From NCBI GenBank assembly GCA_951406725.2, contig OX597831.1:6324001-6388000 (forward strand): DNA of 64,000 nt. Direction: 5' to 3'. How positions within the stretch are numbered: the first letter of the stretch is position 1; the number at the start of each line of letters is the position of its first letter. The notes beneath the pieces are model-generated. The model made no database searches and was not told the origin of the DNA. It saw only the letters and a list, made by a program, of their open reading frames with translations. The position numbers were made by a program, and so were the translations under genes. Source of the stretch: Octopus vulgaris. Its lineage: Eukaryota. This document shows, in pieces, positions 1 to 12,550 of this stretch.

Positions 1-500
1 TACACAAAGAAGATGGGCTCCTGGGAAAGGCTAAAGGAGCTGAGTCTCTATTCCCTGGAGAGAAGACGAGGGAGATAGGCAGTGATATATATTTGGAAGA
101 TCTTGGAGGGTTTAGCTCCCAGTTTTGGAATCGACAGCTATACCAATCCTCAAACTGGATGGCACTGCATCATACCAAAGATCTCGTCTTCCTCATCTAA
201 AATAAGAACATAGTACTGCAATAGTCTAGGTTTCAAGGGCCTGCAATTGTTCAACATCCTTCCAGGCAACCTTAGAGATCTACATGGTGTTGATGTGGAA
301 ATTTTCAAAGAACATCTGGACAGGTTTCTGTCTGAGATATGAAATGAACCCACATCGTGGAAGGAGACGCAAAGAAGAGCAGCTCTGTCCAACTTGCTAC
401 TTCACCAAAAACAATATTGGAAACAACACCGAGTAACTACAGCTGGTGCACCAGCATGACCTCGGCCCTGGGTTGAAACCAGTAAAAGATAAAAGATATA
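1..500 (+). mobile_element. 3' end of a degenerate CR1/L2-type LINE (RT C-terminus plus 3' tail)
   Basis: Translates as ...WERLKELSLYSLERRR...IYIWKILEGLAP...FKGLQLFNILPGNLRDL...FKEHLDRFL, with stops. The tail is ggtgcaccagcatg...tgaaaccagtaaaagataaaagata. Confidence 0.75.
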
Positions 501-562
501 TACATATTTCGTCTTTGGATTTGGTTTGCAAGATTCTTTATATGACTTCGTGTGTTGAAGCA

Positions 563-793
563 TATTCTGTTGTGTCTGGGGAGAGTCATTTTCTTTTTGT
601 GTCTTATTATTTAACACACTCACCGGTAAAATTTCCACTTATTTCTTATTTTTATTTTCCTGAAATTTTCATTTATTGAAACGGTTGCAAGATGCAACGA
701 AAATAAAAATAAGAAATAAGTGGAAATTTTACCTGTGAGTGTTACATTATAAGGTGCAAAAAGAAAATGACACTCCCCAGACACAACAGGATA
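563..793. repeat. Palindromic foldback repeat (~100-bp arms)
   Basis: ctgttgtgtctggggagagtcattttctttttg...aaatttccacttatttcttatttttattttc is mirrored by gaaaataaaaataagaaataagtggaaatttt...aaaaagaaaatgacactccccagacacaacag. Confidence 0.8.
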
Positions 794-1492
794 TATACAT
801 ACTTATTTATATGCCCCCACCCCTCTCCCTGCCCCAACTGGCCCCTGTGTCACTGACATGTGAAAAGCACCATCTGAATGTGGCCAATGCCAGTGCCGCC
901 TGACTGGCTCCCGTGCCGGTGGCACATAAAAAGCACCCACTACACTCTTGGAGTGGTTGGCGTTAGGAAGGGCATCCAGCTGTAGAAACCTTGCTGGATC
1001 AGATTGGAGCCCGGTGCAACTTCCTGGCTTGCCAGCATGGAAAACGGACATTAAATGATGATGATGATACTGATCCAATCCCTACCATTCAAATAAATAG
1101 TGATAATAGTCTATTAGGGCTGGTGCTGTTTTAATACATCTGAATAGTTAGCCTATTGGTCCATTGATCAGAAATCCAAAGCTTTTTGTTGTAGGCATTG
1201 TAAGTTTTTTTAACTTATTACTTTTCTCAAAATATTCATTAAAAAAATTCTTCACTTGGTGTTAGAGAAGATGTTGAACTCTAAAATTTTCCATATCTAC
1301 TATTATGAATTATTTGGTCTGCAAGAACATTTTTTTAAACTAAAGATTTAATGAAAATTTTTAGTTTAAAATTTTAAAGTTTTTTGTTTAAAATTTGCTT
1401 TTGATTCAACTAATGCTAGATTAAGTATTACAAGTTACTTTTAATTACGATAATATGATTTAACTTTATGTTATTTTCTTTTAATATTCCAG

Positions 1493-4400
1493 AATTCTTT
1501 ACTCCCACCATCCCAGAGGTGCAGAGATCAAACATCAAAGCTTCCTACTGGACCTCTGAACAGAAAGAAATTATTAGCATTCCTTGAAAAGAAAGCCAAA
1601 GAGGAGAAGGACTGGGAAGAAGCAAAGCCTTATACTGGAGAGAAAAAAGGTTTGGATAGATTTGTCAGTCGTGAAATAATTGGTTAACTACCTGTAATAT
1701 GGGCTGTTGATTGTTAATCACTTGAAATGATGGAATATAATGTGGAATTACAGCCAGCAGTACTTGCTGTTGAATAGTTAGAGCTTCTTATGCTTAAAAT
1801 AAATTTAGAAAACCGCTGCACTTATTAATGATAAAAGAATTATGAAAAGATGCAGAGGGTAAAAAATTTAACTTATTTGATGTACGGGATCGAGTAAGTG
1901 CATGTGAACTTATTAAGTGAAATTTAAAGCCTTCTGTGTTAATTATGGAAAGCTTAGCTGCAGGATATGTTGTTATAGTTTCATATTTGCTCAGGAGTTT
2001 TTCTCATTTAAAAAAAAAAAATGTATGAATGCTCTTTAATTTCATTTTCTTTAACAGGTAAAGCCTATGTTCCCAAGGAGCCACCCAAGATTGAAAATAT
2101 TGTAGATGAAGAAGTTCAGACTGAATGGGATGACATTTTGTCTAAAGCTACTGAAGAAGAGCTGGTAGATTTGGCAGGTAAGATACCCACTTAAGTACGG
2201 TTTGCATTATATATTATTAAAGGCAGCGAGCTGGCAGACACGTTAGTGCGCTGGGCGAAATGCTTAGTGGTATTTCGTCTACCGCTACGTTCTGAGTTCA
2301 AATTCCGCCGAGGTCAACTTTGCCTTTCATCCTTTCGTGGTCAATAAATTAAGTACCAGTTAGGCATTGGGGTCAATGTAATCGACTTAATCCCTTTGTC
2401 TGTCCTTGTTTGTCCCCTCTATGTTTAACCCCTTGTGGGCAATAAAGAAATATATATTATTAGATGATTTGATATTTCTTTTTCTTTTTAAATGATTTAA
2501 ATAGTTATGTTACAGTAATAAAAGCTACAATTCTATAAATTTAAATTCATACTAATAGTGTATTAAATTTCTTTAACAAATTTCAGCTGTCCTTGGATTC
2601 CATGGAATGTTGAATCAAGTTCAGTATAATGCATCCATAGAAGACAAGGAAATCGTTGGTGGATTTGCTGGTAAGTGGCAATGCTTTCAGATACTTGGCA
2701 TCTCTTTTAAATAATACAGTTTCCCACTTTCAACATTTTTTAAATTTTATTTTTTTAAATATGTTTCTGAATACAGAACATTTCCATTTGGAAACTTCGT
2801 TACAAATTGGTTAATTGGTAGACATTCTTCATGAGAAATGGTGACTGTTGAAGCACAATATCTTTCTGCGTGAAGTTTACATTTGTATTGAGTGACATAT
2901 TTCCTAACAACACTTGTTCCAGTATCCTTGGTCTATGGGATGTCTGGTACACACCTTTAATTTAATGAGTCGTATTTGTGTTAATTCTTCCTCAGTGCTT
3001 TGTTCACAATATCAAGACATAAAGTTTGTTCCTTCAATGGCTGTTTCCCATACTAATATGGCTTAGAAAAGGCAAATATTTGTGGCTTGATTTTTACAAC
3101 TAGATGCTCCTCTTTGCTTGTCTTTCAAATAAGGGATTTTTGATTCCTGAGGAATTCAAGAATGCGGAGCTAGCAGATATTTATTGACAGGAAATGTCAA
3201 CAAACATCACTGATTGCAGTTCAACTTCAAATGGAGGTGTTACCATCTTTAAGCCATTGTTCAGTGTAGATTGCAAACGTTCATGCACTATGACAGTCTC
3301 TCTCACACACACACACACACACATATGCATAACAGGTTTCTTTCAGTTTAAGGTGTCACAAAGTGGGTGTCTAAGTCACACGGTTAACAAGTGAACTTGT
3401 TAACTACACAGCCAGACATTTTAATCTGGGTTCAGTTGATTTTTGATGCAGATCTAATCCTGGTTTATTCAGAAGTTATCAGATTTTTTTTATAGGTGTC
3501 ACATTATTCATACTCTTTCTCGTTTCCTTTTAGTTCCCCTTTCTCCAAGTTGCTCTGATTAAACGGTTGGTGACAGCTTTAGAATAGCCTCATCAATGGC
3601 CTCTGATATGAAATAAAACCATGGTGTCTTTCAGACCACCACATTTATCACTCTTTCTCAATTTCTTTGTTTCTCAATTTCTTTGTGGAGACATCCTGTT
3701 TGCCGCAGATTGTCCTGAGACGCAGGGACAGAACGACCGAGGAGCCGCTGGTTGCCGAAGCAGACACTCCGAGGATTTTCACCAGAGCCCTGTCTGCCGG
3801 GTTGTGGCCCTAATACCACTTGGTGTCAGACCAATCCGCCTTGGGTGGCCCTACCAGGAACCAAAGTTCCTGACGGCATAGCTCTGACACTACCCGTTGC
3901 CAGTGTCCCCACCACGGTGAGGAGGGGATGGACTTTGTTTCTGCTTTGGCTATAAACATCTTTGCCATGTTTCAACAAAGTCAGGATCATTCAACACCAA
4001 TTTACATCCTATTAAGGACACCATTTGTTATGAAGTAAATAATTCACAGAAACAATTTAGAGAAAGAAATACTTCAGTAAAGAATATTTATATGATAAAG
4101 AAATAGCTATACATAACTGGGTGTTCAGTGTAACTGATATGAAAACAGTTCTGTTAATTGTTTTAACTTAAGGCCATCTTACTCATCAAAGTGGGGAAGG
4201 CCTTCTTGTCTTCAAGACTGATTACCATTGACTGCCCACTCACATAATTTGCATATATGCATACACAAACACACATAAAAGTATAGAGAGGAGTTTATTT
4301 TGGATAACATTTTCATATTTCTACTGTAACACCAATCTATTTACAATATGGACTTCAGTTGTATTATTAATAGTAACGGCCTGAAATATTAGGTTGACAG

Positions 4401-7400
4401 AGTAAAATTGTTGCAGTATTTAGTTCTGCACATTTGTGTTTTAGTAAAAAACCTGCTGAAGTCACTTTTTCTCTTTCCAAGATCAATAAAATATATATCA
4501 GTTAAGTAATGGGTTGATTAGATCAAGTATATATATCCACCGCAGCAAAATAATGTTAGCCTGTCTACCTTTGTCATAATTGATTAATAATATCTTTCGC
4601 TTTAGAATATATTTCATGTCCATATATTCTCTTGAATGATATCCATACAAACTATTTAATCAACTACTTTGTTATATAATAGCATATACAATGAGAAAAT
4701 GATATACTTTTGAAGATTACTATTAAATTTAATGTAATCTAGTTGGGTGTCTTTTCTGAGCCCTTTTTAACATTTTTCTAATTTAAACATTGCATTTCTA
4801 AATTTTTAAACAAATCTATATCAATGTTTCTAAGTTTCATATAAAGTTGTTATTGCGTACAATTAGATAACAAAATTGTAATGTTTATGTTGATTTATCA
4901 TCTTTTTCTCTTTTTTAATTAAGGTGTTGCCAGAGCTGAGGATCTAAGAGTTTTCGAAGAACTGGCTCCTAATACGACTAACTATGAGGAAAGCTTAACA
5001 AGACTGAAGGATAATGATCCAAAATTGAAGCATCTTAATCTTAACAACATTAAGGTAAGGATCATCATCGTTTAACGTCCGCTTTCCATGCTAGCATGGG
5101 TTGGACAGTTTGACTGGGGTCTTGGAAGCTAGGAGGCTGCACGAGGCCCAGTCTGATCTGGCAGTGTTTCTACAGCTGGATGCCCTTCCTAACGCCAACC
5201 ACTCGGTGAGTGTAGTGGGTGCTTTTTACGTGCCACCGGCAAGGCTGGCAACGGCCACGATCGGTTGGTGCTTTTTACGTGCCACCAGCACGGAGGCCAG
5301 TCGAGGCAGTGCTGGCAACGGCCACATTCGGATGGTTCTTTTACGTGTCACCGGCACTGGTATCACAACTGCAATTTCCATTGATTTTTTAGCGATTTCA
5401 ATTTTATTTTCTATAAACCAATATTTTTTTTTCCAATGTGTATTTCTTTTAAGTCTTCTCTTTCAATTTCTTAATAAAAATTGTTTTGTAAAATATAAAT
5501 TTCATTTGTATAAACCAATTCAAGTTTTTGGCAATTCTGTACCATTGCCTTTTTTGAAACCTCAAATATTGTAAGCTTATTTTACTTATTTCTTTTAATT
5601 ACATGTTATTCATCATGAAACTTTTCAAAAAAATTTTTTCCAGGGCATTCCAAAAGAAAAATTGATAGAAATAGTTGGAACACTGAAGACAAACACACAT
5701 CTAGAAATTTTTGAAATGGCTAGTGTGGATGCTACAGATTTTGTGGCCAAGGTGAAATTTCTCTACTTTTCAATATTATTCTTCATCAAATATCAAATGA
5801 ACAGTTTTTACTTTTGTAAGGCAATGACAAATATAGCAAAAGAACAGGTCACACATTCTGGACTCTAAAGTCTTACTGCAAGCATTGCATTATGTATAGG
5901 AGTGTGTGTTAATTTTCTTTAGATTGATATTTTTTCTAGTATAGGATATAAATGATATATAAGTAAGCTCAACTTTTCTACATTAATTAAACCAAAATGT
6001 ATTTAATTTCTTTTGTTCTCCAAACAATTCATTATCATTTTTACATCTGCTCTTTTTCTATACTTGCACAAGAATTGAAAGAATTACCTCCCTTAAACTA
6101 AATTTTAAAAATCTGACGCTGTAAATTTTTTTCATATGATTAGACTATATTAGCTACGCAGAGAGAGACTGTAAACACGCAAATCTGCTATTTTCTTAAT
6201 TTATGTATTTTCTTTTTGCAGGCATTAGGAGAAGCCTTGAAAGATAACAAAACATTGCAGATCTTAAATATTGAATCAAATTTCATCTCTGGAGAATCAA
6301 TTGTTGAAATTTTAACTGGCGTTGAAAGCCACAAAGCATTAAAAGAGCTAAGAGTGGAAAACCAGGTAACAATGTACTATATTTCTATAGAAATATGTTT
6401 TTTATTTTCGAAATAGTTTCAGACAAGTTGCTGAATGAGAAATAGATAAGACAGAAAAAAAAATATTTCTGTAGTGTAAATTTTGCTATACCAAATATTA
6501 TATTGCACCCTTGTTAACATCCAAAATTATGCTTGTGACAGCTCCTCTATACAAATAGCCTGGCTTGTGTGGCAGAAGCTAAATAATAATAATATAATAT
6601 AATAATAATGAAATTATTGTATACAGTGCTCAGGTGCACCACAACTTGTCAAAAGTGCGTATAAAGTATATGCAGTAATGTAGAAATGTCTGGAAAGCGA
6701 ACAGTGTATGAGTCAGATACATGCTTGTGTGTGTATGGAGGGGAGAAAATCAGGTGTAGTATTGGCGAATCTCAGGAAGCATGGAAGTTTTGAAGGATGC
6801 AGTGCTCCGACAACTAACAACTGATGCCGGCAGTTTGTTCCATGCTTCAGCAACTCTTAGCGTGAAAAAATGTTTCCGAAAGTCATGGGAGCTGTGCTGT
6901 TTTCTGACTTTGTAAACATGTCCACGAGTGGTAAACAGGTGGAGTTTGAAAAGGTGCTCAGAGTTATTGTTTGTAGAAATAAGTTATGTTCTTCAATGAA
7001 AGGAATTGGCCATTACTTATAGTGTACTGTTAAAAATTGAACTCTGATGTTAATCCTGCCGTCTACTGTCTTCTCTCATTGCTTGAGTATTAGAAAGACA
7101 AGCTGTAATTAGTTTTGCAATGATTCTACCTCCCCTACAACATCAACCCTCTGAAATTCCTTTCAGACATTACCAACTTAGAAATGTAACTGAACAGTAA
7201 ATGTATAACTCTTTTATGTCACAAGACTCACGAGTACTGACTCCAAAGAAATAATATATACAGCAAGGTATCTATGTATGAACATAATCCTTTCTAGAGC
7301 CCCGTCATTGATTAAGCAAATTGTTTCCTACATTCATAATTGGATTACATATCAATAAAGGTAATTCATTCTAAACCATGACCTAACTTCACATAAAGCT

Positions 7401-9974
7401 ATGCAACAATGTTTTATTTGTTCATCTACCAATAGCAAATACACGTGTGTGTGTTGCTTCTGTCAATCCATGGTTATGTTTTTAGCAAAAAGTATGAGAA
7501 ATACTATTCATCATCATCGTCATTTAACGTCCGCTTTCCATGCTAGCATGGTTTGGACGAATGACTGAGGGCTGGCGAACCAGATGGCTGCAATCTTGAT
7601 CTGGCAGTTTCTACAGTTGGATGCTCTTCCTAACGCCAACCACTCCGAGAGTGTAGTGGGTGCTTTTACGCGCCACCGGCACGGGGCCAGTCAGGCGGTA
7701 ATGGCAACGACCTCGTTTCAGTCTTTTACACATGCCACCGGCACAGGGGCCAGTAAGGTGATGCTGGTAATGATCACGCTCGAATGGTGTCTTTTACGTG
7801 CCACCAACATGGAGGCCAGATAGCCGCTCAGGCAACGATCATGCTTGGATGGTGCTCTTAATACCCTACTAGCATGGGGCTCGTGTTCATTGTTCTCTTT
7901 GTTCATTTAGTATCCTTGTATGGACAGCCCACTGTATACAAAGATATTAGTTCCTAGAAGCAGTTCACAACTTTACCTTGTAACATCAAATTATAACAAC
8001 TATGCTTGTCTTTCGAAACAGAAGTAGATACGAAAAAAATTTATTAAGTATGTAAAAAACTTATCAACATTTTGCTGTTAAGGAGTACATCTTAAAAATG
8101 CCTGAAAGAAAACTTCTAAGGATTAATAAATGATCAATGTTGATGCTCACAACATCATCATCTTCTGTCATTTCATTGGTTGTTGTTGTTTAACCCCAGG
8201 TCAGGCCTGTTTCAGCAAACCTGTAATCAAAAAGCTTTGTAGCCTTCATCATGCCATCTTGTTGTTCAAACGAGACTACATTGTATAAGGCAAAAGGATA
8301 GGCTGTAACCTGAGGGAATTTGGCTGATATTTCTTGCAGATCCAGTCATTACATAAAGGCTCTATCAGTGGCTGGTTATTTCTTCAGCTATTTTCTATTC
8401 AATACTCATCTAATATAATAGTAACTACGGAGATGTACTTGCATAGCGAGTGACTTGATCTGAGATTGTGTGCTGGAACGAAAACAATTGTAGCGTGGAA
8501 GGTGTTTATAAGACATTTAAGAAACACACAAAAACTGTTAGATTCACTTCAACATTTAAATTTGTCAAAATATTTTCGTCGCTTTGAGACCTTGACTTTT
8601 TCACTGACAAAAACTTGGTGATGCAGTACAAAGTTTTTGTCAGTGAACAGGTCACGGTCTCAAAGTGACGAAAATATTTTGACAAATTAAATTTATATGT
8701 TGAAGTGAATCTAACAGTTTTTGTGTGTTTCTTAAATGGCTTATAAACACCTTCCACGCTATAATAGTAACTATTATCTTGTTATAGAAATTTGCCTTAT
8801 CAAAAATCCTGCTACTTGGCTTTCTATTAGCATTTTCTGTTCAATTTGTAGTGAATGATTGATACAAGAGTATATATAATATATCAAGCTGAAAAGGATT
8901 TATTCTTTTCCCTATAGAAACCAACACTTCTTGGAAACAAAGTAGAAATGGCGATTACTAAACTTATTGAGGCTAATGACACTTTGCTTCGGTTCGGAAT
9001 TTGGTTTGAATATCCTGATGCCAGAGTCAGAGTCCAGGAGAAAATCCAGAAAAACAATGATTTACGTAAGCATTTCCATTCCTTTTTGTATTGGCTTCTC
9101 TTATTCTTAGAAGTGTGTGTATGCAGTAAATGTACTCAGTGTCTGTATCTGCATTTATGTATATTGGCAAAGGATGTTCATATCAGCAAGAAAACTGGAA
9201 AACCAGTTTTTTGTTGAATGAAATTGATAACAGCTTAGAAATACTTTCTTGTTGTTGTTGTCAAAAATATAGTGATTGGCCCTCAATGTGGCTGTTTTTC
9301 ACTAATTCATCATCATCATCGTCGATTAACGTCCATTTTCTTTGCTAGCATGGGTTGGACGGTTCGACCGGGGTCTGCACCAGGCTCCAGTCTGATCTGG
9401 CAGTGTTTCTACAGCTCAATGCCCTTCCTAACGCCAACCACTCCATGAGTGTAGTGGGTGCTTTTTACGTGCCAGTGGAGGCTGGCAACGGCCACGATCG
9501 GTTGGTGCTATTTATGTGCCACCGGCATGGAAGCCAGTCAAGGCGGCGCTGGCATCGGCCACGTACGAATAGTGCTTTTTAGGTGCCACTGGCACAGGTA
9601 CCAGGGTAGGCTGGCAATGGCCAAGAACGGTTGGTGTTTTTTACGTGCCGCCGGCATGGAAGCCAGTCAAGGCGGCGCTGGCATCGGCCACGTACAGATG
9701 GTGCTTTTTACGTGCCAGGGGAGGCTGGCAACGAAAGCCAGTCAAGGCAATTATTATATAAAATTCAATTAAATAAATAAAAATGTGAATATAATTGCTT
9801 AATAATAATTTCAGTAACAACTTCAGAAGAGTAAAGTCTTGTAAACAGTTTGTCTTAAAGGTGAATTGCTTTATTAATCCCACAATAACTTTTCTGTTGT
9901 CTAAATGTTATTTCACTAATTGTTTTCTTATTTTTACAGTTCGCCAAGCTCGTGTGGGCAAGAGTGACTCCTGA
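1493..9974 (+). CDS. Tmod: Tropomodulin (actin pointed-end capping protein), 5'-partial; coding exons 1493-1649, 2058-2177, 2587-2670, 4924-5054, 5644-5751, 6222-6365, 8918-9065, 9940-9974
   Basis: All exons are flanked by AG/GT with consistent phases, giving 927 nt (308 aa + TGA). Translation NSLLPPSQRCRDQTSKLPTGPLNRKKLLAFLEKKAKEEKDWEEAKPYTGEKKGKAYVPK...ATEEELVDLAAVLGFH...NDPKLKHLNLNNIK...LKDNKTLQILNIESNFISGE...LKELRVENQ...LGNKVEMAITKLIEANDTLLRFG...KNNDLLRQARVGKSDS* matches the tropomodulin N-terminal domain plus C-terminal LRR domain. The start exon lies upstream of the window. Confidence 0.96.
2220..2450 (+). mobile_element. tRNA-derived SINE family B (Meta-SINE-like core); other copies ~13580-13790(+), 22244-22450(+), 31372-31602(-), 41610-41830(+), 43733-43928(-), 50378-50545(-), 52520-52750(-), 62299-62520(-)
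   Basis: ggcgagctggcagaaacgttagc (A-box-like)...gagttcaaattcc (B box)...gactttgcctttcatcctttcggggtcgataaattaagtaccag core...tttagccccttgtggg...aaagaaa tail. Confidence 0.88.
6600..6975 (-). mobile_element. 3' fragment of a CR1-type LINE; related longer fragment at ~35640-36150(-)
   Basis: Both share gaagcatgga...ccatgcttcagcaa.tct.agc..gaaaaaatgtttcc.aaagtcatggg. The 35818-36024 ORF (SERLASLGMDTLKL...DLVDTHKIIH) is a CR1 RT C-terminus. Confidence 0.7.
8428..8760. mobile_element. Foldback insertion (~125-bp inverted arms) flanked by a 13-bp direct repeat
   Basis: tagcgtggaaggtgtttataag...tcactgacaaaaac is mirrored by gtttttgtcagtga...cttataaacaccttccacgcta; ataatagtaacta at 8415-8427 and 8761-8773. 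Confidence 0.8.
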
Positions 9975-10994
9975 ATCCCTGAATGTAGCAGTAATTCCTG
10001 ACTAAGTTCAGGTTAACTCTCTTCCTGTCATTGTCTTCTGTTGCTGCATTTGAGGTTTCCGTCTCCTCCTTCTGCTATATGGCTCTCTCCTTCCCCTCTT
10101 ACATCTAGTGCTAATATTCTCTCTGTATATCTATATCTATATATATATATATCTCAGTATGTTTCACTGTGGTGGCTTACCTACTGTCGTCCACTCTGAC
10201 AATGATAAGGATGATTGCGGTTGTCTGAATTGGACAGTTTTTACCAAGCACAGTAGCTTTAATTGACATCATCACCATCACAACAACAACAATAACAAAG
10301 ATTCACAACTCTACAAGGCTTTTGTTGTTGTTTCAACTACTTGGCCTCTCAATTTCTTGGCCAGAATATTTTTTTTCACCTTCCTTTCTATAAACTCTGC
10401 TTCAAGAGACATATTTCATTATCACAAAAAAATGCTCTAAAGAGAGAGAGACTCCCCCCATCCTACCCAAATCTCTCTATCTCCTAAAATGAAAACTAAA
10501 AAGAAAAAAAACAAAAGAAAAAAAAAACCAATCAAGGAAAGGACTTATACCTTTTATCAACCTTTAAAAATATAAGAAAAATATTATTGAAGCTTGGGCA
10601 TTTAAGTGGCAAGCTGTCTAGAATTTTCGATATCTGTATCCAGTACTTTTGAAGTCAATAAAATTATATATATATATGTATGTATATATATATATATATC
10701 CAATCTAGGTGGCTGGATTTTTATTATTGTTCATAGTAGTTACATAGTGACACTATGTTTCAGCTTAGCATTGCCTACATATATATAACAACTCATAAAG
10801 TTCACCTACTTCTATACACACACACGTTTATATATATGTATGTGTGTGTGTGTGTGTGTGTATATGTATATATATGGATGCATGTATATGTCTATATATA
10901 TGTATATATATGGATGCATGTATATGTCTATATATATGTATATATATGGATGCATGTATATGTCTATATATATGTATATATATATGGATGTATG

Positions 10995-11030
<36 letters not shown>

Positions 11031-11479
11031 TATATATATATGGGTGTATGTATATGTCTATATATATATATGGGTGTATGTATATGTCTATATATATATA
11101 TATGGATGTATGTATGTCTATATATATATATGGATGTATGTATATGTCCATATATATATATATATATATACATGTATGTATATATGTGTGTATATATATG
11201 TGTGTGTGTGCTGCAAAAACAAATATATTTGTCTCCAGTTGATTTCTTGCATTCTTTTGCTTTGGCTTATTATTTCCAATTTCAGTTTTTTTCTCAAATG
11301 GTTTTTCCTATTAAAAATTTCCTCTGATATTACAAAAGTTACAAAGCAATTTTTTTTTTAAAAAGCTGTCATGATAATGATGACGATGAGGATAATGATT
11401 GATTCCTATATACGTACTTATAATTTAGAAAGGGTATGTATATATATATATATATATATGTTTGTGTGTTTGTATATGC

Positions 11480-11510
<31 letters not shown>

Positions 11511-12501
11511 TTCTATAATCTCGCAAATGTAATGAAATATTATATGCATGTGCCTTTTTTTTCTTAATGCTTTGTGTATATATGTTTATATACACACACC
11601 AGTGTCTGTGTGTGTGTTTGTATGTACACATACACTCTCTAGTTGAACAATGTGAAGCTACAAGTATCGTGGTTCTGTTGCCTTTGCTCGTCAACACACA
11701 AGGCCCCACATAATTAAGCCCAGTTTGTTTGCTTCGTTATTCTCGTATGTTGCAACTGAGGAGATGACAGCCAGTCATTCATTCCAGTTATAGCACTTCA
11801 TATATATATATATACATACATACATTCATGTGCGTACATGCACATACACATGTGTGTATATATATATATATATATACACACACTCACACCTATGTGTGTG
11901 TGTGTGTGTGTGTAATACATACATACACACAGGTACTCTCTGCATTGCAGAAGCATTTGCATTCTTAAAAATCCCATCAGAACACAGAATTCTGTAGAAG
12001 TCATTTTCTTTTTGGTTTTGGAAATCAATGGAAAAAATAGTTTTGCATAACTGACTTTATATTATGGCAAGATTTTCAGGGATACAACACTTCTATAACA
12101 CAGGGAATACCTATATATATATATACATACATGCATACACATATGTAATTCATGTATGTGTATATATATATATATATATTTAAGTGGTATATAACTACCC
12201 CCATTTAGATATGTGTATATTGATTCAAATGTGTATGATTGTGAATGTGTATATATATGCATGCACATACACACACACGCATATATATATATAATATACT
12301 AAAACTATGATTCTACTGATGTATACATGTGTGTGTGTGTAGAAATATATATGTACTCGTCATATACACCCAGATAATTCAGAGTATATATTTTATATGT
12401 GGCCCTCCTTTTTTTTTTATCCTCTTCCTCCTGTTTTTTTTATTATTTTTGTTTCAGTATATTCATGTCTGTCTCATTTCCGTTGACAATTATTGAAGGA
12501 A

Positions 12502-12550
12502 AATAAATATAAATAAAATGCTACATCCTCTGGTCTGTGGTTTGTTGCTA
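12502..12550 (+). terminator. Probable polyadenylation signal of tropomodulin (two AATAAA followed by a GT-rich tract)
   Basis: AATAAA at 12502-12507 and 12512-12517, then tggtctgtggtttgttgct. It closes a SINE-free stretch that starts at the Tmod stop codon. Confidence 0.5.

Noticed and set aside
5101-5574. Recurring 'FLQLDALPNANHS' ORFs that look like a gene family
   Set aside because: They are the antisense reading of SINE family A; frames and ends vary between copies.
9440-9750. Regularly spaced repeats (tgctttttacgtgcc) superficially like a CRISPR array
   Set aside because: They are internal tandem units of SINE family A in a eukaryotic genome; the 'spacers' are themselves repeated and there are no cas genes.
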